DNA of 62,497 bases, filler included. It is 7 parts of 7 records of this genome, joined end to end, with 100 filler letters (N's around TTAATTAATTAA, not from the genome) between each part and the next. Parts side by side here need not be neighbours in the genome. Positions count along the whole stretch, not along the records: positions 1 to 12,186 come from SRR31156797_27270; positions 12,287 to 19,631 come from SRR31156797_27306; 5 more parts are not named here. One strand, written 5' to 3'. The notes beneath the pieces were generated by a model. It saw only the letters and a list, made by a program, of their open reading frames with translations, did not search any database and was not told where the DNA came from. Below are positions 10,242-19,258 of this stretch, piece after piece. A program made the position numbers and the translations under genes. Numbering within the stretch: position 1 is the first letter of the stretch; each line of letters opens with the position of its first letter.

Positions 10242-10848
10242 CTCAAAATATGCCTTAAAGGGTAAACGGGTTAGAATTCCAAATGAGACATTTCCCCACA
10301 ATCCGATATCATGATTCCCTGGTACGATAAATAATTCTGCATTTGATGCGTTTGCCAAATCAGTTAAATAATTTTTAGCTTTTCTAAATAACTTAGGCCT
10401 TGGAAAATCTACTAAATCTCCGCTTATCGCTATGACATCAGGTGACTGATTTTTTATTTTTTTGAATAGTGCAGTCCACAAATCATCACTAAACGGGCTG
10501 CCAAAATGCAAATCAGAAATATGTGCAATTCTGCAATGAATTGGAAAATTGTCAATTTCCTTTGCCATATACATGCCTCCAGTAAGATTGTAAATCACAA
10601 TGGATGCATTTGAAGGTGCATCAATTAAGCCCCAATTTTTGGATTATTCCAAATAGAAGTTGAAATTAGGTGATAAAAATTCCCTTTTTGTGAGGAGACG
10701 AATATGTAATTTGACCTTGTGTGTTAATGAGAAAGACCACCCATGATGTTGTGGAGCCTGGTCTTGAAGTGAAAATGGCGAGGATGGGAGCAGAAAAAGG
10801 ACCAGGATATAGAGAAGTGGCCGTAATAAAATGGGGTCAAATCTTAGC

Positions 10849-11120
10849 GGGCTGTTGCCCAAATGATTTTGCCAACATACTTTGACCATAACAATCCTTC
10901 TTAATATCATAAACGCCAAGTGCTTCCATGGTTGCAGCATCTAACCTATTTGTAATATAATGTTTACATATTTGTCTTAATATGATAATATTAATGGCCA
11001 AAACGCCAATAGAGGATTTCTGCCATGATGGGTCACCAACCAAATTATCAAAGCAAGCTTTTTATCACCGGGTTCAACCTTGATAAACGGATTAGAGACG
11101 ATCATCCTTTAAGAAAAATC
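10849..11120 (+). mobile_element. IS1182-like remnant: left end plus the first 32 transposase codons (11025-11120)
   Basis: MMGHQPNYQSKLFITGFNLDKRIRDDHPLRKI resembles the IS1182/DUF772 N-terminus; candidate end GGGCTGTTGCCCAAA at 10849-10863; similarity stops abruptly. Confidence 0.7.
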
Positions 11121-11200
11121 CGTTCAAGTTCATCGGACAGTGTCTCAAAAGCTGAAACAGTCTCGACAAATCCATCCGTTATTAAGTATTTTTCTCCCAT
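11102..11200 (-). pseudogene. Probable 5' stub of a second cassette gene (MGEKYLITDGFVETVSAFETLSDELER...), broken near 11120
   Basis: ATG 11 nt downstream of the attC R' box; frame runs into the antisense of the IS1182-like stub and stops. Confidence 0.45.
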
Positions 11201-11211
11201 TGTTTCCGAAC

Positions 11212-11301
11212 GGTTAACGCTGGGTTAACGGGTTTGGATAAAGCTTTCGTAACGAAGTGGAGCGGGCTTTACCCAAACCCCAGTTCAACCCCTTGTAAGC
11301 G
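11212..11301 (-). other. Integron attC-like recombination site (90 bp)
   Basis: Minus strand CGCTTAC-5nt-GTTGAACT...GGGTTTGGGTAAAGC/GCTTTATCCAAACCC...CGTTAAC-5nt-GTTAACC: long imperfect hairpin with an extra base in L'', 3 nt after a stop codon; R'' and R' are degenerate. Confidence 0.75.
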
Positions 11302-11304
11302 CCC

Positions 11305-11886
11305 TCAAAGTTTTAATATGCGACGAATAGCCTCAGTTCCAATACCAACGGCTATTGTTGCGACTATGCTTTCCGTAACACAATATACAGCCAAATCTAC
11401 AAATAGATTTATGGCTAAAGCCGATAGTATATACACTCTGCGGAAAGGAATGATTAGATAGAGCAAGCCTTTATCCAATCGAAACCTAATTCGAGTGACA
11501 TCTATGTTATTCGATTCAAAATCTTCATACGGTTCTGAAACAGGATCAATAAATAGATATTGTAAATAATATTTATAGTAAAGGACTTGTATTATTTGCT
11601 GACGAAACATATTGGTGAATAGACCGCTTGGTATATGCAGATTTAACTGGTTTGGCTCACCATATTTTCGATCTGCATCTTTATTTTCAGGGCAGCCGCT
11701 ATTTGAGGACGTAAATACCAAACTTTCCAACAGCTCCTCTCCAAATATAATCTCTATGAAACAAAGCCATACCCACCGCAGTCTCGGCACCTTATCCTCA
11801 ACTCTATCCCCTCGAAGAAAAATCAAAGAGAAATATTTTTGCTTAATCGGGCTTTGGTTATCAATTACCTTTAAGTAATTTGGCAT
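11305..11886 (-). CDS. Hypothetical 193-aa protein with C-terminal hydrophobic helices; gene-cassette-like
   Basis: AT-rich ORF with GTTAAAC (GTTRRRY) 16 nt upstream and an attC-like site directly downstream. Confidence 0.7.
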   Translation of the reverse strand: MPNYLKVIDNQSPIKQKYFSLIFLRGDRVEDKVPRLRWVWLCFIEIIFGEELLESLVFTSSNSGCPENKDADRKYGEPNQLNLHIPSGLFTNMFRQQIIQVLYYKYYLQYLFIDPVSEPYEDFESNNIDVTRIRFRLDKGLLYLIIPFRRVYILSALAINLFVDLAVYCVTESIVATIAVGIGTEAIRRILKL

Positions 11887-12186
11887 GTTGATCCCAGACT
11901 TCGTTTAACATTAGATATTAACTAGTTGGCATGTTTTTGTTCCATATAGAGACTATGATCGGTTTTTGGTTGTAAGGAAGTTCCTTTTGGGCTAATAACA
12001 AAAGGTCAAAATCTTTGACAAGCCCTGAAGTGTGTTCATTTTGGCAGAAATTCAAAATATCAGCAAGTTAAAAAAAGCTGTGATATCCTCAATTCAGTTA
12101 TATAGAGCGAACCTGAGATATCTGATTCCGTATCTCAGGCTTGGCATTTATTGAGATATATTGAGAATAGCCCATAAGAATCGTTC

Positions 12187-12286
12187 NNNNNNNNNNNNNN
12201 NNNNNNNNNNNNNNNNNNNNNNNNNNNNNNTTAATTAATTAANNNNNNNNNNNNNNNNNNNNNNNNNNNNNNNNNNNNNNNNNNNN
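12187..12286. other. Artificial contig linker
   Basis: N44-TTAATTAATTAA-N44. Confidence 0.99.
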
Positions 12287-13365
12287 GGTCCGTTACCGTT
12301 ATGGTGATCTCTTGTCCGTGTGCGCTGGGTGTAGCCATTCCCGTTGCCCGTCTGGCAGGTATTTCCCTATCCGGCCGCAAGGGGATTCTTGTTCGCGAAA
12401 TCGAAGCCTTCGAGCGGACAGTCGACGTTGACACGATCGTTTTCGATAAAACCGGAACCCTGACACGGGGGCGTTGGCAACTCAATCGTCTGGACTGCCT
12501 GCCAGGGGTTGGCGAAAGGCTTGTTCTCGGCTGGGCAGCAGGGCTGGAAGAGGCGTCCAATCACGAAATCGCACGTTCCATAAAAGCGTATGCCAGACGT
12601 AGGGGCATTTCACCGATACGGCTGGACAAGACCATTGTCTTCCCGGACGGAGTTGAAGGCCATGTGGACGGGAAAATCCTTCGTATCGGGAGCCGTTCTT
12701 TCTGCACAGGGGAGAGTGGCGCTGAAACGCCAGTCCATGAGGAAAAAGAGGGCAGGATGATGTCTCCTGTCTATTTCAGTATAGATGGCTCTTTGGTGGC
12801 TAAACTGCTGTTCGGTGACACGATCCGAACATCCGTGCCGGAAATGGTAAAAACGTTGGCCGCAGACGCCTATGGCCTTCACCTTGTTTCAGGAGACGGT
12901 GGTGAGGCCACCCGTACGGTGGGGCAAATTGTTGAAATTTCATCGACAACGGGAAACCTTTTGCCTGCAGGCAAAGCCGCCTATGTGGAAAAATTAACCA
13001 AAGATGGCCACCGTATCGCAATGGTTGGAGACGGGATTAACGATGCAGCCGCCCTGGCCCAAGCAGGCCTCGGGGTGGCCGTCTATTCCGGGAGCGGTCT
13101 TGCCAAGGAGGCCGCCCACATTACGCTCATGCGCGGAGATCCTGCACAATTGCTTGACTTTTTTCCCTTGGCTCGGCAGGTGAATCGTAAAGTGACACAG
13201 AATCTATGGTGTGCCTGGATATACAACCTGATCAGCATACCCGTGGCCATGAGCGGATTGTTGACACCGTTGTTTGCTGCAACGGCAATGTTGTTTTCCA
13301 GCCTAACGGTGATTGGCAATACGCTGCTGCTTGTCCGGGGGAAGAAAAGCAGAAACAGGTCGTAG
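12287..13365 (+). CDS. Heavy-metal P1B-type ATPase, C-terminal half (Cu+-type residues), 5'-truncated
   Basis: CPCALG, DKTGTLT, MVGDGINDA, YN and MxxSS in the last TM helices. Confidence 0.93.
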
Positions 13366-13598
13366 CTGTATACCCTTGTTTCCGTAAAAAAGTTTGTAAG
13401 AAGCGCAAATCAATTGCGGTTTCCCTTGAACCGTGTGATTTATTCATTGACCTGGTTGCCCGTATTGCATAGATTCACTGGGGTTGCCGATTCCATCGAG
13501 GATCAGCGTAAACGAACGATTAAAATCAACGAAGTTGCAATAAAGGGTCGCATGGAAATAGTGACGATTTCCTTGTGCGCGCCCTAAGGATGGCAATT

Positions 13599-14768
13599 GT
13601 GAAAGTTCTTGTATTAGGAGGGTGCGGCACTCAGGGTAAGGCGGCGGTCCACGACCTTGCAAAAAGTGCCGCTGTGAAGGAGGTCATCTGCGCAGATGCC
13701 GACTTGAGCAGTATCGTAGACTTATCTACCTTTTCAAACATGGCAAAAATTCATCCGGTTGTCGTTGACGCCAATGATCAAATCGCATTGGGCAAACTGA
13801 TGAACGAGGTGGATGTGGCAGTAGACCTGCTGCCGAGGCAGTTCATGGAAAATGTCTGCAAGGTGGCCATCGATGCCGGTGTCAGTGTCGTAAATACCAA
13901 TTACGCGGCGTCCATTGCCCATTTAAATGAGGAAGCACGGGACGCGGGCGTAAGTATACTTCCGGAATGTGGCCTGGATCCGGGAATCGATCTGGTTTTA
14001 TACGGAGAAGCCGGAAGACGGTTTGACGAAATAACCGCCATCAACTCCTACTGCGGCGGTATTCCCGAGCGAAGTGCCTGCGACAATCCGCTGAACTACA
14101 AGGTTTCGTGGGTCTTCGAGGGTGTTCTGGCCTCTACCAAACGCAGGGGACGCATCATTCGCGACGGAGAGATCGTACATATTCCCAGTGAGCGTCAGCA
14201 CGATCCGGTGAATGTACATGAAATTGATTTTCCCGGGGTAGGAACCCTGGAGGCGATTCCCAACGGTGATGCGGTCCTTTTTACGGACGCATTGGGGGTT
14301 ACTGAAACCATGCATGAGACCGGTCGTTACTCCTTGCGTTGGCCCGGTTGGAGCGCATTCTGGCACCCGTTGAAGCAGTTGGGTTTTTTGGGTGAAAACC
14401 CGCTTGACGGACTGCCCTGCAATGTTTCGCCTTACCAGATGGTGGATAAACTCTTAGGACGGCAACTGCGGTATCAGGGGAATGAAAAAGATCTTGTGGT
14501 GATGCTGAACGTTTTTGAAGGAAAGAGAAAGGGTGCACTGACCCGTCTAACGAGTAAACTGCTCATCGAGCGGGATATGAAAACGGGGCTCATGGCCATG
14601 GCGCAAGGGGTGGGGTATCCTGTATCCATTGTGGCGCAGATGATTGCCACAGGTGACATCGAGGAAAAGGGTGTTTTGTCGCCGATGAAACATATTCCTT
14701 ATTCTACGTTTATTGATGCGCTGCGTAGAAGAAATATTGTTGTGGAGGAAGAGGAACGTACACTTTAA
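13599..14768 (+). CDS. Saccharopine dehydrogenase family / lysine 6-dehydrogenase-like oxidoreductase
   Basis: KVLVLGGCGTQG Rossmann motif, ECGLDPGID, SYCGGIP..NPLNYKVSW; GTG start after AAGGA (ATG at 13590 is an alternative). Confidence 0.88.
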   Translation: MKVLVLGGCGTQGKAAVHDLAKSAAVKEVICADADLSSIVDLSTFSNMAKIHPVVVDANDQIALGKLMNEVDVAVDLLPRQFMENVCKVAIDAGVSVVNTNYAASIAHLNEEARDAGVSILPECGLDPGIDLVLYGEAGRRFDEITAINSYCGGIPERSACDNPLNYKVSWVFEGVLASTKRRGRIIRDGEIVHIPSERQHDPVNVHEIDFPGVGTLEAIPNGDAVLFTDALGVTETMHETGRYSLRWPGWSAFWHPLKQLGFLGENPLDGLPCNVSPYQMVDKLLGRQLRYQGNEKDLVVMLNVFEGKRKGALTRLTSKLLIERDMKTGLMAMAQGVGYPVSIVAQMIATGDIEEKGVLSPMKHIPYSTFIDALRRRNIVVEEEERTL

Positions 14769-14795
14769 AAAGCAGTCAACAGAAAAGGAGACGTT

Positions 14796-15593
14796 ATGAT
14801 GATGAGAAGAGTTATCGCAGTACTGCTGGTATTGACCCTGGTGATGACCGGAACCGCAATGGCCAATACGTTGGCGGACATCGTCAAACGCGGTGAGTTG
14901 CGCGTGGCCGTGCAGTCCGGCGCGGCCCCATATGCCTTCGTGGATAAAAATGGCGACCACGCCGGCTCCATGGTCGATTTTGCCCGGGACATGGCAGAAC
15001 GCATGGGCGTCAAGCTTACAATCATCGACTTTGACTGGGATGGATTGATCCCCGCCCTGCTTTCCGGAAAAGCGGACATACTTGCCGCGGACATGACCCC
15101 CACACTCAAACGTCACCTTAAAATCACCTTTTGTGACCCATGGTACTATGTGCAGCCCTGCGTTTTCACGACCAAAGACGCCACCTTTATGATGCCCAAG
15201 GACGTCAACAAGCCGGAGGTGACCGTAGGTGTGCTGTTGGGCTCTACCGGTGAAACCATCGCCAAGAAATACCTGCCCAAGGCGAAGATCAAGACGTACA
15301 AAGGCGGTGGCCGCATGATCGTTCAGGCCCTGCTGGCCGGTCACGTGGATGCAGGCGTCAACGACGACCTGGCTGTGTTGACCGTGCTGCCGGATTTCCC
15401 GCCCAAATCGGTACGTGTGATGTCCAAGCGCTTAGGTGAAGGAAAAGATCCCCTGGCTTTTGCCGTACGCCATGACTCAGTGAACTTGTGGCAGTGGATC
15501 AACCTGTACTTCAAATTTGCCCGCAGCGACGGATCCTACGACAAAAACGTCAAGTACTGGATGGAATCCACGGATTGGAAAAAGGACCACTGA
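14796..15593 (+). CDS. Polar amino-acid ABC transporter substrate-binding protein
   Basis: Signal peptide, KRGELRVAV, WDGLIPALLSGKADI. Confidence 0.92.
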   Translation: MMMRRVIAVLLVLTLVMTGTAMANTLADIVKRGELRVAVQSGAAPYAFVDKNGDHAGSMVDFARDMAERMGVKLTIIDFDWDGLIPALLSGKADILAADMTPTLKRHLKITFCDPWYYVQPCVFTTKDATFMMPKDVNKPEVTVGVLLGSTGETIAKKYLPKAKIKTYKGGGRMIVQALLAGHVDAGVNDDLAVLTVLPDFPPKSVRVMSKRLGEGKDPLAFAVRHDSVNLWQWINLYFKFARSDGSYDKNVKYWMESTDWKKDH

Positions 15594-15631
15594 TTTAACG
15601 ACACTGCGTTTGTAGATCCTATTTGCAACCG

Positions 15632-15667
15632 GCCATGGGAAGAAGGGATACCCCTTTTTCCCATGGC
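15632..15667 (+). terminator. Intergenic stem-loop after the SBP gene (partial terminator or mRNA stabiliser)
   Basis: GCCATGGGAAGAAGGG / CCCTTTTTCCCATGGC inverted repeat. Confidence 0.6.
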
Positions 15668-15687
15668 AAATCGCCGAAGGGGAACTG

Positions 15688-16356
15688 ATGCTCGAAGGGT
15701 TTAATTTCAGAATCATCTGGGAGTACATGCCGTTTTTTATGGAGGGGCTGCGCAACACCTTTCTGATATCCATCGTCTCACTCTTCCTGGCCCTGATTGC
15801 CGGCATTACCGCCTGCGCCGGCCGGCTGTCGCCCTGGAAACCGGTTCGCGGCCTGGCCATCACCTACATCGAATCCATCCGCTCCACCCCCCTGCTGGTC
15901 CAGATCTACTTCTTATATTTCGGCCTGCCCACCCTGGGGCTGAAGGTACCGGAGCTTCAGACGGGCATCATTGCCCTGATGCTCAACAGCGGCGCTTACA
16001 TCGCCGAAATCGTGCGGGCCGGAATGACCTCGGTGCCCAACGGCCAGATCGAAGCGGGCATCGCGTCGGGACTGAATTACTTCCAGCGCATGCGGTTCAT
16101 CATCCTGCCCCAGGCCCTGGGCGTAACCGTTCCGCCCCTGCTGGGCCAGGCCATCGTCCTGGTGAAGGACTCCGCCCTGCTCTCCCTGATCTCGGTCATG
16201 GAGCTGACCCGTTGCGGCCAGACGCTCACCTCGGAGCGCTTCATGCCTACGGAGGCCTTTTTCACCGTGGCCTTCTTATATCTGTGCATCTATTTCGTTC
16301 TGAAATCTATTGCCGACTGGTCACAGAAAAAGCTCATCTTCAGAGAGGCATACTAG
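15688..16356 (+). CDS. Amino-acid ABC transporter permease (HisM/GlnP type)
   Basis: IRSTPLLVQ, AYIAEIVRAG, GQIEAG EAA loop, VKDSAL. Confidence 0.93.
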   Translation: MLEGFNFRIIWEYMPFFMEGLRNTFLISIVSLFLALIAGITACAGRLSPWKPVRGLAITYIESIRSTPLLVQIYFLYFGLPTLGLKVPELQTGIIALMLNSGAYIAEIVRAGMTSVPNGQIEAGIASGLNYFQRMRFIILPQALGVTVPPLLGQAIVLVKDSALLSLISVMELTRCGQTLTSERFMPTEAFFTVAFLYLCIYFVLKSIADWSQKKLIFREAY

Positions 16357-16358
16357 CC

Positions 16359-17027
16359 ATGATGTTATTTTACTTCCAGCGGTTGGTTGAGATTTTCCCC
16401 TTTTTCCTCAAAGGGCTGTGGATGACCGTTGCGGTGTCAGGAATCAGTCTAATCATGGCAACCACTTTCGGGTTGCTGTTGGGCATTGCTCGCGCATCGG
16501 AAAACAAGCTGCTGGTCGGGATCATCGGCGCCTATGTGGCTGTCATCCGGGGAACGCCCTTCGTTGTGCAGATTTTTATCATTTTTTTCATCCTGCCGGA
16601 ATGGGGCATCCAACTGGACGCCTTTCCGGCGGCCGTCCTCGCTTTGACCATCCTGGGAACGGCGTTTATCTGTGAGATCGTGGCCGGCGGCATCAAGGCC
16701 GTCCCCCAGGGCCAGTGGGAAGCGGCCTCTTCGTCGGGACTCAACGTCTATCAGCAACTGCGCTACGTCATCGTCCCCCAGAGCCTGCAGACCATCCTGC
16801 CCCCCCTGGTGGGCCAGTATGTGCTGCTGATCAAGGATTCCTCGGTCGTCTCGGTCATCGGTGTGATGGATCTAACCCGCGTGGGATGGGTGACCGTGAA
16901 TCGGATTCCGGAAGGGTTGATGGTTTTTTCGCTTGTGGGAATCCTCTATTTCGCCATCTCCTACCCGCTGATCCGGTTGTCCAACCGGCTTGAAAAGAAA
17001 ATGGCTACTCAGCAGGTAATGCTTTAG
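16359..17027 (+). CDS. Amino-acid ABC transporter permease
   Basis: IRGTPFVVQ, GQWEAA, IKDSSV; ATG 2 nt after the upstream stop. Confidence 0.93.
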   Translation: MMLFYFQRLVEIFPFFLKGLWMTVAVSGISLIMATTFGLLLGIARASENKLLVGIIGAYVAVIRGTPFVVQIFIIFFILPEWGIQLDAFPAAVLALTILGTAFICEIVAGGIKAVPQGQWEAASSSGLNVYQQLRYVIVPQSLQTILPPLVGQYVLLIKDSSVVSVIGVMDLTRVGWVTVNRIPEGLMVFSLVGILYFAISYPLIRLSNRLEKKMATQQVML

Positions 17028-17057
17028 CAACAGCTATTACCGGAATCGGAAAAACCA

Positions 17058-17786
17058 ATGATTAAATTCAACGGTGTCAATAAGTGGTTCGGCAAGCTGC
17101 ATGTCCTCCGGGACATCGATCTTCATATAACATCCGGCGAAGTCGTCGTGGTGTGCGGCCCCAGCGGTTCGGGCAAGTCTACCCTCATCCGCTGTATCAA
17201 CCGCCTTGAAAAATTTCAGAAAGGGGAGCTGTTCGTTGATGGAACCCCATTGCACGACCACTCCACCAATCTGACCAAACTTCGGGCGGAGATCGGTTTC
17301 GTCTTCCAGCAGTTTCACCTCTACCCCCACATGACCGCCCTGCAGAACGTTACCCTGGCCCCTGTCAATGTGAGAAAAATGAAAGCCGCAAAAGCCGAGG
17401 AACTGGGCCGCGAAAAACTGGCCCGCGTTGGATTGGCGGACAAGGCCGATTCATATCCGATGCAGCTATCCGGCGGGCAGCAGCAGCGTGTGGCAATCGC
17501 CCGCGGGCTCGCCATGTCGCCCAAGATCATGCTCTTCGACGAACCCACCAGCGCCCTGGACCCCGAGATGATCGGAGAAGTGCTGGACGTCATGGTCAAA
17601 CTGGCCAGTGAAGGGATGACCATGTGCGTGGTGACCCACGAGATGGGGTTCGCACGGCAGGTGGCCCATCGGGTTATTTTTATGGATGAAGGAAGTCTGG
17701 TGGAAACCGGCAACCCCCACGATTTTTTCGATAACCCGGAGACGGATCGCGCTGCCCAGTTCATCAGTAAAATCCTCACGCACTAA
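17058..17786 (+). CDS. Amino-acid ABC transporter ATP-binding protein (GlnQ family)
   Basis: [36 protein letters not shown]. Confidence 0.95.
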   Translation: MIKFNGVNKWFGKLHVLRDIDLHITSGEVVVVCGPSGSGKSTLIRCINRLEKFQKGELFVDGTPLHDHSTNLTKLRAEIGFVFQQFHLYPHMTALQNVTLAPVNVRKMKAAKAEELGREKLARVGLADKADSYPMQLSGGQQQRVAIARGLAMSPKIMLFDEPTSALDPEMIGEVLDVMVKLASEGMTMCVVTHEMGFARQVAHRVIFMDEGSLVETGNPHDFFDNPETDRAAQFISKILTH

Positions 17787-17923
17787 GGTCTTTCCATAAT
17801 AACGGTTGGTTGTTTATCAATGGCCTTGAGTTCTGATCCAGCTCTTTTCAAGTCCAAAAAAGATGGCAGGGGGCGACACGTCTGCTGTAAAAGGTGTTGA
17901 CAGAAAGAAGAGATGCGTGTACG

Positions 17924-17952
17924 CAGATATATATCATTATGATATATATCTG
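17924..17952. promoter_or_regulatory. Perfect palindrome, candidate PadR operator
   Basis: CAGATATATATCAT-T-ATGATATATATCTG (14-bp arms), 21 nt downstream of TTGACA (17897-17902), upstream of the Fe-S gene and padR. Confidence 0.7.
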
Positions 17953-18050
17953 ATTCGTTTTCGATGCAGCAACACTTCGTGATTGGGTTGATGGCTTTGG
18001 GCGAACAGACCCCACCGTGCCGCACGTAAAAAAGTAAAAAAGGAGAGAGC

Positions 18051-19133
18051 ATGGCAGACCAGTTATATCACCAACTTCGTGAACAGATGGATCAGTATTC
18101 AACGGGGTTTCCGTCCACCGAATCCGGAGTGGAATTAGAAATTCTTGAGAAACTCTTTACCGAAGAGGACGCAGAAATCTACCTTGATCTTTCCATGCTC
18201 CTGGAGGCGCCCGATGACTTTGCTGCAAGGACCAAACGCTCACCGGAAGAGGCGGCAACGAAACTGGAAAGCATGGCGAAAAGGGGATTGCTCTTTCGCC
18301 ACGTCAAGAATGGCAAGAAACGGTATTCTGCGGTTCCCTTTGTCATCGGTGCATATGAATTCCAACTCGGACGGATGGACAAAGAGCTTGCCGGGTTGAC
18401 CAACGCCTACATGGAGGAAGCTTTTCTGTCGGGCATGAGTGACAACGTACCCCCGCTGAGAACCATTCCAGTGGGAAAGTCCGTGGATGTTGTCCATAAG
18501 GTGGCGGCTTACGAGGATGCCAAGACCATTGTTAACAGACAAAAAAAGATCGCAGTGGCGAACTGCATCTGCCGTACGCAGCAGACTTTTCTCGACAAAG
18601 GGTGCGATAAACCAAAGGAAGTTTGCCTGCTCTTCGGATCCCACGCAGACTACTACGTTGAAAACAAGATGGGCCGGTATATAACCCGTGAACAGGCCTG
18701 TCAGATTCTGGATCAATGTGAGGAAGCCGGACTGGTAAACCAACCGGCCAATATGGTGAACCCCGGAGGCATGTGCAACTGCTGTGGAGACTGCTGCGGC
18801 GTACTCAGGGCCCTGAATCTCCTTCCCAACCCCGGTGAGCAGGTCTACAATCGGTACTGGGCTGTCGTCGACCAGGATGAGTGCACCGGATGCGAAGCCT
18901 GCATAGACCGGTGTCAGATGAATGCCATAAAGATCGAGGATACCGCAAAGGTTGAAGCTGCAAGGTGCATCGGATGCGGTCTCTGCGTCACCACCTGTCC
19001 AGTTGAGGCAATCCAATTGGAAGAGAAACCCAAGGAACTCCAGGTTTCCCCCCCCGCCAGTGGACGGGAGTTCATGGCCATTACTGCAAAGAAAAGGGGA
19101 ACCTCTTTGATTCCTCTTAAAATGCGGCAATAA
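18051..19133 (+). CDS. 4Fe-4S dicluster domain protein
   Basis: CICR..C...C, CNCCGDCC, CTGCEACIDRC and CIGCGLCVTTCP. Confidence 0.9.
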   Translation: MADQLYHQLREQMDQYSTGFPSTESGVELEILEKLFTEEDAEIYLDLSMLLEAPDDFAARTKRSPEEAATKLESMAKRGLLFRHVKNGKKRYSAVPFVIGAYEFQLGRMDKELAGLTNAYMEEAFLSGMSDNVPPLRTIPVGKSVDVVHKVAAYEDAKTIVNRQKKIAVANCICRTQQTFLDKGCDKPKEVCLLFGSHADYYVENKMGRYITREQACQILDQCEEAGLVNQPANMVNPGGMCNCCGDCCGVLRALNLLPNPGEQVYNRYWAVVDQDECTGCEACIDRCQMNAIKIEDTAKVEAARCIGCGLCVTTCPVEAIQLEEKPKELQVSPPASGREFMAITAKKRGTSLIPLKMRQ

Positions 19134-19258
19134 GATTGAACGGAACAGCTCACAGGAGGTTCGATCTTGCTGCTCTACTGGGCTGAGATAGAATTTCATA
19201 TGGCCGGTATCGTCAGCAGGGCGATCGCTGGCAAGAGAATTGCGACATTGAGGTCGAT

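Larger units (their letters stand above)
6508..10568 (-). pseudogene. IS-interrupted ~819-aa metallophosphoesterase + beta-rich domain + GAF-like protein (segments 10568-10242 and 8640-6508)
   Basis: 5' part has SDLHFG, SGDLVD, PGNHD; 3' part has MHHHP, LHGHRH. Removing 8649-10241 plus one CTCAAAAT copy restores ...KAYFE-KGAEKCRW... in frame. GGAGG 7 nt before the ATG at 10568. Confidence 0.9.

Noticed and set aside
11136-11164. GGACAGTGTCTCAAAAGCTGAAACAGTCTC as a mini-IS end pair
   Set aside because: Weak symmetry; explained more simply as coding sequence of the minus-strand cassette stub
12231-12242. TTAATTAATTAA recurring six times as a biological repeat
   Set aside because: Artificial linker; ORFs containing X runs are artefacts
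13366-13590. Lysine riboswitch or sigma54 promoter upstream of the dehydrogenase
   Set aside because: No L-box core motifs; GG-to-GC spacing is 11, not 10
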